In this document: in pieces, positions 26,087 to 38,365 of the stretch
Position numbering within the stretch: position 1 is the first letter of the stretch
How the letters are laid out: each line of letters starts with the position of its first letter
Assembly: GCA_034780895.1 (NCBI GenBank)
Contig: JAUZTB010000080.1
Coordinates: forward strand, 7,655,347-7,719,346
Direction: 5' to 3'
Source of the DNA: Rhynchobatus australiae
Lineage: Eukaryota
DNA: 64,000 bases
Made by a program: the position numbers and the translations under genes
The notes under the pieces: generated by a model
Database searches by the model: none
What the model saw: only the letters and a program-made list of their open reading frames with translations
Told to the model about the DNA's origin: nothing

Positions 26087-26203
26087 CTTCCAACCAGAAT
26101 AAAATATAGAATAAATTAATAGTATCAAAATGGCAAATAATTAAGGACATCATATGAAGTGTTATGATATTGCCTTTGTAGTGTCAATACCCAATCAAGT
26201 TTG
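26087..26203 (-). other. candidate non-coding exon (117 nt)
   Basis: acceptor tttcatttctcagactttctttttcAG and donor GAAG|GTAAGT; stops in all three frames when read from the acceptor; AT-rich body. Confidence 0.35.
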
Positions 26204-26894
26204 CTGAAAAAGAAAGTCTGAGAAATGAAATATGATAGTAGTTGAAATGAATTGAGAAGAAAACAACAAATGAAAAGGGGAAAAAAAGTCTTCCATGACC
26301 TGCGAGACTGTATTATGGGTTAAGAAGAGCAGGAAACTAGGCCAAATTAAAGGATTGAATGTTACCTGCTGCATGGTGCTCACCTGGGGAACAGAAAAAT
26401 TCAACCAGTTTTATTTGCTGCATTTGGGTTTTCATTTAATGTAAGCTCTAAAGTAAAACATAGACTTAAGTTCTTTCTTTGATAATGTTTTCTCTTTTGT
26501 GATGAATACTGCCAAAAATCTGGAAAGGAAGTCCAGAAGATAAGCACTTATAAGTAGTGATCACATGTTTGACTTTCCATTCTTCAGTAAATGGTCCTTG
26601 ATCCTTCCAGCAAGTTTGCAATGATCTAGGTGCATTCACAATGCTGAAAATCAATTTTTGTATTTTTTTCCCCCAATATCAGCTGATTTTCCACCCTCCC
26701 CACCCTGAGATTGGAGAAATGAAGTAAATTGAGATATTCTGCACTAACCTACTAAAGATGCAGGAAGTACTAAAAAAATCCTAATTATTTTGTAGAGAGT
26801 AGTACAAGGTCAGAACCAATGGCAATTAAATGAGAAACACAGCTGTGAAGAGAGCTCAGGAACAAAATAAGACAAAGAATGGTTTAGTCCCAAA

Positions 26895-27065
26895 AGCAAA
26901 TTCTGCAGATGAATCTCAAATAAAAGCCGAAAAGACCGGAAATACTCAGGTCTTGCAGCATCTGTGGAGAGAAAAACAGAGTTAATGTTTCATGTTAATG
27001 GCCTTTCAACATTCTATTTCTTTTTCCACAGATGCTGCCTGAACTGCTGAGTATTTCCAACACCA
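26895..27065. mobile_element. fold-back element of inverted PLE termini
   Basis: GGAAATACTCAG...GCAGCATCTGTGGAGAGAAAAACAGAGTTAATGTTTC pairs with TTCCACAGATGCTGCCTGAACTGCTGAGTATTTCC. Confidence 0.75.
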
Positions 27066-28987
27066 TTTTAAGATTTAGTTCCTCAAGGTCAAGTGTTTTA
27101 GACTTGTTTTCTATCTATTCTAAAACAGAGCAATTTGTATCTAATGCAAAACACCAAATTCTGTTAGAAATAGATTCACCCAACTTTCCTTGACTTGCGT
27201 GTGAATTTTTCTGTTGCAGGCTTTCAGAAGCTGGCCACCTTGTGCTGAGAGTGTTCCCATGATTGTGCTAGGCAGGAAATTATGGGGTACTGGTGAAGTG
27301 ACTGAATATGTACCCAAATCCACTTGGTGTGCAATTTGAAGTACTGTAGACATTGGAAGTGTCTGATGTTTTTGCTCCTTTGCTAACTGGACAAAGGCAG
27401 GCTACATTTTAAGTTGCAAGATTAATCCTATTTACTTAAATGATAAATTCACATGAAAAATAGAACTAGGCACCCAAATGAAATTCATATGCCTTCTTTC
27501 CCTTTGGTGCACCATTTTCTTCTTCCTTTCTAGATATGCATCCATTATTCCTGGATAAATCTTGACTAGGATCAGCACACTGTTTAAGAGAACCTTACCA
27601 AAACAGGTTTAGTTCACAGCCAAAGATCATAACTATTTTTCTTTTGCAGAATTCACATCTACAGAGATGAAGATAAATACATTGGCTGATATAATATTGT
27701 CAGAATATATTAGGAATTAAACAGAAGATAGCCTTGATTTTGCGTCATAATTAAGTCAGTGAAACAGCATCCAGAAAGTGGATTTTAAAGATGAGATATG
27801 GTTACAATTTGAAGTATGTACATGCACAGGAGTGTTCCATGAAAGATCAGAACCAAGATATTTATTTTGAAGTAAATTAAAGTGTTAGATTCAGAGATTT
27901 ATTCTAGGATGACGCAAGGCTTGTTAAATATAGCACAAAACACTTGGTGGTACCAAGTGTTTGGGAATGAATGCATTAAAACACCCTTACTTCTGCTGCT
28001 GATATAGCTCTTCCCTCCGTTAACCACACACTCCTGATCAAGAACTGCATTTAAACTAGTTTAAATGAAATGGATGCAAAGTTCTTTTGCAATGACTTCA
28101 AAAGCATTGGTCTTACTTAATATTTCAACATTTGTTTTCAATTTGGACAAGAAAATTATTTTAAATGTTGATACATGGAATTTGAAAATGAAACAAAATA
28201 GAGAGGAGCCTCAACATCTCGCCCAATATTTCCATGAATGAATTTTTCTTTCAATTCAGTAAATCAAATTTATCTGATAAAAGTGATTTTCTTAATTTCT
28301 GTAGGATTCTTAGCAACACTGCTTGTACTGATACGGAAATACATCAAGATGACATTAAATTGTGAGATCAAAGTATGAAGAGTAGTCCAGCAATAGTACG
28401 AACATTGCCTGGTTGTCCCAAATGATGTTAACATTTACTGTAGAGCACGCCCCATTTGATTGAATACAGCGACTCTACAATGGTTCAAAAAAAATAAACA
28501 ATGCACGAATTCACCCTTGATCTGAGTGGTGGTATCAAGTGGTAATTTTGAACTCACTTCTGCAAAACATGACAGTTTTGTTACCTAATAGTTAATAATA
28601 GTTATTTAAGATTGCTACTCCCAAACAACAAGTGATCCATGCTAAAGAGTTAACTTGTTGAGAGAGAGCTGAAAGAGGCTCAGAAATGGATGTTCATTAT
28701 GTCTGGGTTCACACAAATCATGTCCAATTGAATGAGGCATCAAAATGGTGCAGGGGTTCTGGAACCATATTACACTGTAAACTGGGAAGGAAAAGTAAAA
28801 TTACACACACCCAAGGAGAATGTGTGTAGACTGCACCACCCTCAATCACAATGCATAGCTTGTTAACATTGTGTCAAGTGGGAGAAAAATGTGACAAACT
28901 TAACTCCTAAGTATGGCATTCTTGATTGAGATTCAATTGCAATAGCAAATTTAGCTTGTTAACATAAATATCAAAATACAACCATAC

Positions 28988-29032
28988 CTTTTGGTTTATT
29001 TCAAGCAGACCAGTGTTTCACTTTGGTCCCTC
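28988..29032 (-). other. candidate 45-nt non-coding (5' UTR) exon
   Basis: aattcttttccaatttctttcAG | GAGGGACCAAAGTGAAACACTGGTCTGCTTGAAATAAACCAAAAG | GTATGG; stop codons in all three frames. Confidence 0.45.
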
Positions 29033-29244
29033 CTGAAAGAAATTGGAAAAGAATTTTAGAGCCTCATAAACACCGCATCCAATAAGCGACATTAAGCAGA
29101 GAATATATTTACAAGGTACATCTTATTAATATTGCATTCCATTGGGAGTACATATGAATTTCATTCAACCCAGTAACTGTTACTACAGGGTGGGGAATAT
29201 CAAGTTTCACCAAATAACATGACCAAGGTTCTAAAATCAAAAAG

Positions 29245-29420
29245 CAAAATATAGCAAATGCGAGACTTGAAATAAAAACAGAAAATGCTGGAAATACTCA
29301 GATTAAGCAGCATGTGTGGAAAGAGAAACAGAGTTAATGTTTCAGATCCCAAGATGTTAATTCCATTTCTCTCTCCACAGATGCTGTCTCACCTGCTGAG
29401 TAATTCCAGGTGTTTTCTTG
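29245..29420. mobile_element. fold-back element of inverted PLE termini
   Basis: GAAAATGCTGGAAATACTCAG...GTGGAAAGAGAAACAGAGTTAATG pairs with TGTTAATTCCATTTCTCTCTCCACAGATGCTG...CTGAGTAATTCCAG. Confidence 0.75.
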
Positions 29421-29877
29421 CTTCATTTGTAATTTTATAAAATCTGTCATTTCTTCAAATTGTCTTGCTCAATACTGGTCAATGACTTGATATGGGGGGA
29501 AAAACTCCAAATTATTAGTGACTTTTGCCCTTTTTATTGTCAAGAATTTTCAATGACAAGCTTTTGGTGCTCTGGAGTATCCCTCAGTCAAATCAATATT
29601 ACTTTACTATAAATTATAATGTGTAGTGTACTGTCTAAAATTTGATGGACTAGAGAAAAGTAATGAACTACAGCTGTTACAAATCTCAGGATTACCTTTA
29701 GGTATTTAACTGGTATTGGTAGACCTGCAAGAACGCAAGTTTGAGTCTTGTAGGTTCAATTTTAGTTCAATTTTATTTAATCCTACTTCTGTAAAATTCA
29801 GGGTATTTTACAGAATTAAGCACGGAATGGTTAAATTGCCCTATGCAGATATTTCAGATGTGCGTCCATAATGGCTA

Positions 29878-30092
29878 ATATCCTGTCTGTAAAGAGTTTG
29901 TACGTTCTCCCCGTGTGTCTGCATGGGTTTCCTCCCACATTCCAAAGGCGTACAGGTTAGGAGCTGTCGACAATTCTACGTTGGCACTGGAAGAGTGGCG
30001 ACACGTGCAAGCTGCCCCCAGATCATTCTCAGTAACGCAAAAAAGATGCATTTCACTGTGTGCTTCGATGTACATGTGACAAATAAATAAAT
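29878..30092 (+). mobile_element. V-SINE (5'-truncated) with a non-CR1 tail
   Basis: V-domain GAGTTTGTACGTTCTCCCCGTG...GGGTTTCCTCCCACATTCCAAAG; tail GCATTTCACTGTGTGCTTCGATGTACATGTGACAAATAAA. Confidence 0.75.
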
Positions 30093-30559
30093 ATTTTAAT
30101 ATATTATCTAAGTCACATAGTAGAAGTAGAACCGACATAATTTGCTTCACAGTTGGGAAGACAAAACAAATTAAAGCTCACTGTTTTTTTTAAAACTCTA
30201 ATTGTTAACCAATGATATCTCTGGGAAGTATCCAAGTAGTCATCATTTCCCATTATGGGTATCTTAGACATCACTTGCGGTTCAACAGCTTCCAATACTC
30301 ACAGTTAAGGCCGACTGAATGAACCAGCTGGCCTTGAGTAAAACTTGAATGGTTGGAAATATACCCCAGCAGTTAGTCAGCACAGTTAGAAAGTGATGAA
30401 AACTGGAGAGCTTCTACAGCTCGAACCAGATCCAATTTGTTGGTGATTCATTTCATATGAGCAACCATATAAAATGTGCTTTAATACTCCCATCACTATG
30501 GATAAATGTGCCTTTACATACAATTTGACACATGTAATTGGTTCAGTGTGGGGGTTCAT

Positions 30560-30940
30560 ATCCAAGTCATATTACATAGCTTCAGGTTTCACTCTAGTAA
30601 CTTGAGCACACAACCTAGTCTGATAACTTGTTACACAGAAGCAGCACTGTACTGCTAAAACTGCTGGTTTTTTTTAAAAAATGGTAAGACATTCAGAGTT
30701 TTCAAGCTCAGGTGAATGTAAAAGATCTAACTGCAGTTATGAACGAGCACCATTTCCAGCCAATGCTTAGCCCTCAGCCAACTCTTAATAATAAAAACTT
30801 GCCTGGCCATTTAGAACACAGTGCAGATTGGCTGCCACATTTCCTTTCATAACAATAGTAACTGCACTACAAAGTAATTCATTGATGTAAAGTGGTTTTA
30901 GAATGTTCTGAAGTTACAGGAAGTCTAAACAAATACAAGT
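30560..30940 (+). mobile_element. SacSINE1/Deu-domain SINE
   Basis: CTCAGGTGAATGTAAAAGATC, ATTGGCTGCCACATTTCCT and AAAGTAATTCATTGATGTAAAG match remembered DeuSINE consensus blocks. Confidence 0.7.
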
Positions 30941-31759
30941 AATAAATCAACATCTTTTATGAATGCCATATCACTCTGTCCATACTACCACACTGGTTTC
31001 AATCATTTTGTTCTGGTCTGGGGTTAATACTTAAAACAGAATCCTTGAAGGTTTAGAAGGAAGGTACAAAAATTGGCAGGAGAATTAGTTTTATACAATG
31101 TTGTCGCTGACTAAATAAGGAAATGCTCTTTAGCAATTACTTGGGAAGTCTCTGAAAACAACTCACCAAGTTAAAACAAATCTGGCTTTAAACAAAAGGA
31201 ACAAAACGTTGAACAAAGACTTGAGCTTTACAGCACTAAGAAAACATGATCATTGTTGGTCAAACACGGACACTTGAGGTCCAAGAACCTGCACTTCAAA
31301 TGATAAAGCCACTTTTGTAACTAGAACTTGTTCAACCTTCAGTCATTACTGGGCCTGAACTCAAGGTACAGGAAAACAGGAATTAAATTTTATTCCTTCT
31401 AAATTGAATTCTTTCCAGATTGCAAGCTCTGTTAAATAGTTGAAAGGATTAAGAACAAAGAAAACAGAACTCTAATGTAAAAATACCCTGGTATTTTGGT
31501 CAAATCCCCTTGAAAGGAAGTGGAAGCCCCAGTTGATCCTGGATTTTAAAGACGGTTTCAATATTTTTGGAACAGTTCTCAGAGCATGTTAGTTTGCATG
31601 AAATTTAATGGGCGTTATATTACCATGAACCAAATTATTATGCCAAGCATCTACCAGGATGATGCATGGGTGTGATTGTTCAACTAATACTCACTAAATT
31701 ATTTGAGTTTCTTCAATGCCAATAGTGAACAAAGCACCACAAAAAAGACAAATGCTGTT

Positions 31760-32100
31760 CTCTACATCAAGATATTCCAATGAACTTTACAATTAATATA
31801 GCACTTTCAGCATAGTCCCCAACATAATGCATGAAATATAGCAGCTGTTTTGCACACCAGACGCTCTTACAGACAGCTTTGTGATAATGAGCAGATAATC
31901 AAGTGATATTAATTGATGAGTGCACATTGGCCAGGGGATCTGAGATAATGAACCTGCTTGTCCTTGAAAGAGGGTTGTGAGATTTTCTAAACCGTTCTGA
32001 AAGTGTGTAACTACATCTCAATTTTATGCCTCACTTTCTCAAGGCAGCACTTCTGACAATGCAGAAATCCCTCAATACTGCATTACAATGTCAACCTTTT
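31760..32100 (-). mobile_element. SacSINE1/Deu-domain SINE
   Basis: reverse-complement blocks GTGATAATGAGCAGATAATC, CATTGGCCAGG and GGCAGCACTTCTGACAATGCAG...CCCTCAATACTGCA. Confidence 0.7.
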
Positions 32101-33589
32101 CAATCTGATTCAAATGCACTCTCAATTGATAATTATTGATTTATCAACATGTTATATTTGGGAGAGTTCTTCAAAGTTCTACATAGAAAGACAGAGGTTG
32201 GTCATTCATCCTCTTGAGATAGTTTCAAAGTTTACTGCACGTGGCTGATCTCTACCTCAGCTTCACTTACCTCCTAATGCTCATTAACCTCATGTTCCCA
32301 ATATTCTATTGTAACAAGAGACTGTCAACCTCAGCCTTTAAAACCATGAACTGCCTTTTCTGAGATCATTCCAGCAAGATTTACTCCACAACCATAAATA
32401 AATAGAGGGAATGAAAATCATGCTCTGACATTTTTTTCTAGTGACCGATCCTCAGTCTGAGAAAGCCTTTGCTGAAATTGTCACAGTGGCAGGAACCAGT
32501 AACACAAATTTTAAATGCCTTATAAAAATCAGAAAGCCTGATTCCGATGTATGGCAAACTAATACAAAAACTACAAGTGGGAGAGGGTACACGGATAGAC
32601 TCATTGTATAGTACAAACAGAAAAACTACTACTTTTTCCAGAGAGTCACCATGGTAGTCTGAATAAGAACAATGAAAGCTGTAACAGAATTATTGTAATT
32701 CTTTCCTTGGCCATGATGTTACAGATGCAGGAGGATCAGGTGAAATACCAATCTTTCAAAAATGTTAACATAGAACATTACAGCACAATACAAGCCCTTC
32801 GGCCCACAATGTTGTGCCGACCTGAAGATCCAGTATGTTGTGAAATAGGTTTCTCATACATTTATCACTGGTTGCTCCCACCCCAATACTGTTCATGTTT
32901 AATTGCTTCAAATTATCATTAATCTATTTGACTGTGAAGAAGGATCAATATCCCTATCAGAGATGATCTTTATTTAACGCTTTTCAAAGCAATTATATCT
33001 TACATATCAACGGTCCTCATGGAATCACTGAACAAACACTAAAGTTTTTTTTAACTAGCTAAAAAACTCGTCCATCTTGGATCTGCAAATAACTGGTTTT
33101 TCCAATGTCAAAATTAAATTACCTAGTGCACATTAATCTTCAAAACATTCAGTTCTTTGAATCTTACATACAGCATTTGTATACAATGCAAAACACAAAG
33201 AACAAGTGGAACCTTGCAAAGCCTGGGGCTTAATGCAAATTCACTTTCAACTCGTCCAATGCAAATCAGAAGTATATTTTGCTAGTTTAGAAAAACATAC
33301 CCATTCATCTCCCTATTTAAATATTCTAATAACCTGTATTTGTGTAGCACACTTCAAAACACTAGCACAGAAACTGAAAACTCTATACTTGGATTATTCA
33401 ACTACGAACCTGATAGAGTCCATCTCGAACACTCCAATGAATAAAATTTCTAGAAATGTCCAGTAGTCCAATCTGTTCAAATCTGCTTGCTTGACAATCT
33501 CATTGCCTGANNNNNNNNNNNNNNNNNNNNNNNNNNNNNNNNNNNNNNNNNNNNNNNNNNNNNNNNNNNNNNNNNNNNCTTTAATCAAC

Positions 33590-34900
33590 TTAGTATTGAA
33601 TTCATAACCATACATCAAAAGGCTGACTTCTTGTTGATCATGGGCAGCGACATGGTTTGACAAAACAGGCTGCTGTGTGATGGAATTAAAGGCTCACCTA
33701 AAGGACAAAGTCATATTTACGGAGGCCTTCTGGAAGGAGTTTACTGCTCTCTGTCCTTCAGAATTTCACCTCCATTTTTGGCTCAGTGGGACCGAGCCCT
33801 GATGTTTGGATGATAGGTAGCTTTGACAGTACTAAAGAAATTGTGCATGTCAGAGGTTTGCTGGTCTCCTGTACTCTTTTCACACACCATCTGTTCTCTA
33901 GATCCCAGGGTTTCTGCTAGATCTCCTTTTTCAGTTGCCTTCAGAGCCGTTTCATTCCATGAGGCATAATGACACTTCTAATTAGGGCAATACATTTGCA
34001 GTTATTTTGCTCCTGGATCCTCTGGTCATCAAACCAGTCTGTTTATTTTTTCTTGTTGGTCTCTTTATAAATGTCAATTATGGTCGCCTTCAAAAGTAGC
34101 CCATAAAGCTGCAGATACTCTGCAGGTCCTAATGGCTAGGAGTCAGCAGATTGCCTGTGAGGTGCTCTCTTCTTTCAGAACTTCAACACTATTTGCTTAT
34201 GGCACCATTTTGGAAACAGGTTGATGGAGATAACAGGACACATTGGGCAGATGTCAATCCAGCAGTCATCAGTACCTGTCATGGTACAAGTGATGCGAAG
34301 ACCCTTATTGTCCCTTACTCAGACAATGATATAATCTAATAGGTGCCAGTGCCTGGATCAGAGCTAATACCGTGAGGTCTTGTGCTCATCTTTCCGGCGA
34401 AATAACATGCGCGTTGTGACAAAATCATTTTGCTGGTCATACCCTGCCAGAGGATTGCATCTTGCTGCTGAAGTCATCCAGGAAGATCAGTGTGCCATCT
34501 TTATCTTGAGAGCCAGACTTTTTCCTAAGTGAAGCAGAAATCCCTTATCTCATTTATAGCTTCAAGGTTGAGGCACATATGCTGATGACTGTAGCATGCT
34601 GGTTTTGTGTTACGGTGAGCCAAAGAAACAAGAGGTGTTTACCAGTTCCACAGGGGGGAGTCACTGTGACAGATTTGCTTATTTTTGTTGGTGAAGCCTA
34701 CTCTATGAAGATGACATCTTCCTTCTGCTTTGCCCCCTCAGAAGGTAGTTTAGCCTCTCATTTTGTTCTCCAAGATGGCTAGCTGCTGCCCATCATGTTT
34801 CACTCTGGGTGACAAATATTTGTCTGAGCTCACAAGTAATGGCAGTAGAGTCATGTTCGGGTCCATTAATTGTGTCTGTCCCCAAGGAGCCAGAACAGAC
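33590..34900 (-). mobile_element. RTE LINE 5' half (APE endonuclease and linker), inverted
   Basis: minus-strand frameshifted remnants of LMD, SET, QHATVIS, LIFLDDFS (GDFN), RHWHLLDYIIV and DWFDDQ. Confidence 0.8.
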
Positions 34901-34989
34901 CACATATTGTGAAGCAGAAGTTGCCTGTATGGGGTCTGTTTAGTGTAGGGTGGCTGCCATATGCCACATCTGAGGAGTATGAGAGACAC

Positions 34990-36370
34990 CATAATCACAT
35001 CCATTTTCAAGAAGGGAGGCAAATCTTACTATGATTACAACAGGAGGATCTCCTGTCTGCCAAAAGGAAAGTTGGTCATCACTCAGGTCCTCTTCAACCA
35101 CCTCAAGTCGCAATGGACATGACAATTCCAGAAAAATGCAAAGAGTCCACAGAAATTAAGTCTTTTTAATGCCTGCTTCAATATGGTATAAAAGCCATAA
35201 TCCTAACCAATAGGTTCACAGAGAAACTCAGTGAAGGCAGGTGTTGTGCGAGGTTGCACCACTGCTCTGAAATTTGATCCCCCCCCCCAACCAAACTTTC
35301 TCAGCATGACCTCCAACAAACTAATTTACAGGATTAACAGGATACTGTTCCAAAACCAAGGTCACATCAATGTTAGCAGATGAGCTGCATTATGCTGATG
35401 ATGCTTATATTTGCATACATTTGGAGGCTGGGCTCCAAGTCATGACTGACTCATTCACTAAGGATTACAAGTGAATGGGACGTTCAACATCTGCAAGACA
35501 AAGTCCCTCTACCTACCCGTCCCTGCTGTATGACACCATCTTCCTGCAAGGAAGATTCTCAGTGAAACCCTGAGGGAAAAACAGAAGCGCACTTCCCATT
35601 CTACAGCAGCTGCATTTCAGCAAAGGCTGACACTGATGATAAAATTCACCATCACCTTCAGTGCACCAACACAGCATTTGGCTGACTGAGGAAAAGGGAA
35701 TTGAAAAATCAAGACTACACACATGGTACAAAGCTAATCATCTACCAGGAATCAGTGTTCTTTGCCCTCTAATATGCTTCCGAGGCTTGAAATACCTACC
35801 ACAGGTGCTTTAAGGCAATGGAAAGATATCACTAATGTTGTCACTGCAAATAAAAAAACCCCAAATTCACTTGAAGGTTAACAAACTATCATCTCCCAAG
35901 CCAACATCTCCACCTTTCAGCCTAATTGCACTCTGTTGGCTCTACTGAGCAAGCCATGTTGTGTAACTGAGATCACAAAACAAACACACTATCCCCAACT
36001 CTGGTCACAGAGGAGAGACAACCAGGCAGACAAAATAATTCCAAGGATTTTCTCAAACCCTCCCAGCGATAGCAAATGCAACAATCCCACTGACTCATGG
36101 AAATCCTTCATCCAAAACTGCTCAAGAGACAATTCAGAATGGCATTGAGAATCACAAATGACCACTTGCAGAGTGTACACAGGAGCCCTGCATAAATGGC
36201 ATGGAGTCCACCACCTTACAAGCTATCCACTTGCCTGTTCCATCATGCACTTTGTGCTCCATCTGTCAAAGAGTCAACATTTCCTACACTATCATCATTA
36301 ATCACTTCACAACCCATGGAGCTGGAATTAGAGCAAGTCATCCATGATACCAAGTGACAATCTGAGGAGA
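34990..36370 (+). mobile_element. RTE LINE 3' half (RT to 3' end)
   Basis: starts at a remnant of the IFKKG..NYRGISL motif; ELHYADDA (YADD) at about 35381-35404; RTE-type 3' end GAGCAAGTCATCCATGATACC. Confidence 0.85.
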
Positions 36371-36409
36371 AGCATTCTAAAGGCTCTATACAGACAGCAC
36401 AGTGATGAT

Positions 36410-37900
36410 TACATAATCACTCAATTCCTTTAATATCCAAAAATCTGTCTTCAATATTCTCATTAAGCAGTCACCTTGCTGTAGAGAGCTCCACAGATTC
36501 ACAACTGAGGCATCAAGTTCCCTTCACTCTTCCAAACTCCTGTGGATACAAGCCTGGCCTGTCCAACCTTTCCTCATAAGACAATGCACCCATTCCAAGT
36601 ATTAATCTTCTCTGAAAGTTTCCAGTGCATTAACATCTTTCTTTAAATAAAGATATCAATATTGCACTGTGTGCCAGTGATTCCAAATTGTCCTATATAA
36701 CTTAAGTGCAACTTCCCTGCTTCTGTATTTAATTCCTCTCCAAATAAAAAAATATTCTGAAATAAAAATGGAAAATAGTGTAAACACTCAATAGGTCAGG
36801 CAGCACACGTGAAAAAAGAAACAGTTAACGTTTGAGGTCAGACAACCAGACAGAATTGGTAAAGACTGAAAACAAATTATTTTCAGTAACAGAAAAGATG
36901 GGTAGAACAAAAAGGGAATCTCTCTGATAGGCAAGTCTAAATGAGTGAATAAAGCAGTCAAGGATCAGATTAAGCTTCTTTATCTGTATAGTATTTGCTA
37001 ATAGCAAGGCAGTGGGACATGCTCAGCAAATCTTTTTCACTTTCAAAAATAATGTTCTTTTCATTTTCCCATTACTTGCAGTAACCGCAAACCAACTTTT
37101 TTCAAATGATGCACTAGGACACACAGATGTCTCTGCATCTGAGATCTGCAACCTCTCACTGTTTAAGTATACTGTTTTTTAAAAGAAAAAGTTCTTGGAA
37201 AATTTCATATCATCCCACACAATCCTCCACTTGCCAGATGTTTGCCCACTTAGTTAACTTATCTATATCCTTTTGTAGCCCCTTATGTCTTCCTCACAAA
37301 TTTCTTTCCTACTTATCTGTGACATTTGCAAACTTAGCAACCAGATCTTCACCCAAATCATTTAAGTAAATCACGAGTTACACGAACATGCTAAATATTC
37401 CTGAGACACACTGCGCATTACATCTTGCCAACCAGTAAACCCCATTTAAATGAATCAGCCATCAGCTAAAAAAGTTAGTCCTCCAAAAATTCTTTAAATA
37501 CGCACCATTGATGCACCATGCCTGCATTAAACCAGCAAGGAAAATGTTGATTTTTGAAGTTAGTAACGCTAATCAAATTAGCCAAGTCTAGGAAATTACT
37601 ATGTGCTACAAAAGATCAAGGCACTCAGCTCCACCCTTGGTATGCGAGCCATGACACTTGTATAGACTTACACAAATTGTTCTTTTATTGTTGTATGTTC
37701 TCTCCCCTCCCCATTTCCCTCCAATACTTCCTCCAACTGCAAATTTCTCAGAGTACAAATAACACCTATTAGTTTCCATTAAGCAACTGTCAAACCAATC
37801 TGTTATGTTACCTCCAATTCCACGTGCTTTAAATTTTGTTGATCAACTTCCTGCATGGGACCTTGTGGAGTTTATAACATTGACTGAAGTTCCCCACAAT
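36410..37900 (-). mobile_element. fragmented CR1 relic interrupted by a PLE end (about 36758-36960)
   Basis: reverse CR1 blocks GTAGAGAGCTCCACAGATTCAC, GCCTGTCCAACCTTTCCTCATAAGACAA, GTGACATTTGCAAACTT and CTTCCTGCATGGGACCTTGT. Confidence 0.7.
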
Positions 37901-38079
37901 TATACTATCATTTGTTACGTGGACTTCTAAATTCATCATTTATACCCACCCTACATCACCACTACAATTACGCCAATAAAGAACTGCTCATGTTTTATAC
38001 TGCCTGATTTGTTGTGCATTTCCAATATTTTCCAGATTTCTAGAATAATCTAGATTTCCAGCAACTGCATTGCATTTTA

Positions 38080-38365
38080 TCTCAATTTCTACATTATTCT
38101 CATTTTCATCTCCTTCAGACATATCACCTGCAATCAGCAAACCTTCACCTCTCAGTCAGCAGCACCATAATTTGTAGCATTCAATCCCTCAGTGTCAATC
38201 CCAACACAGATATTTTCTTTGCAATGCTCTACCTTCTCTGAAAATTGCTCGTTTTCTAACTTTGTCTCATTCCAATTAAAGGTCTTGGATCTTTAAAGGT
38301 GTTCATGTTATTCCTCTCTGCACAGATGCTGCCTGACCCAAATATTTCCAGACTTTTGTTTCATT
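38080..38365 (+). mobile_element. PLE 3' UTR or terminal fragment
   Basis: ends CCTCTCTGCACAGATGCTGCCTGACCCAAATATTTCCAG; inverted homology to 36758-36960. Confidence 0.6.
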
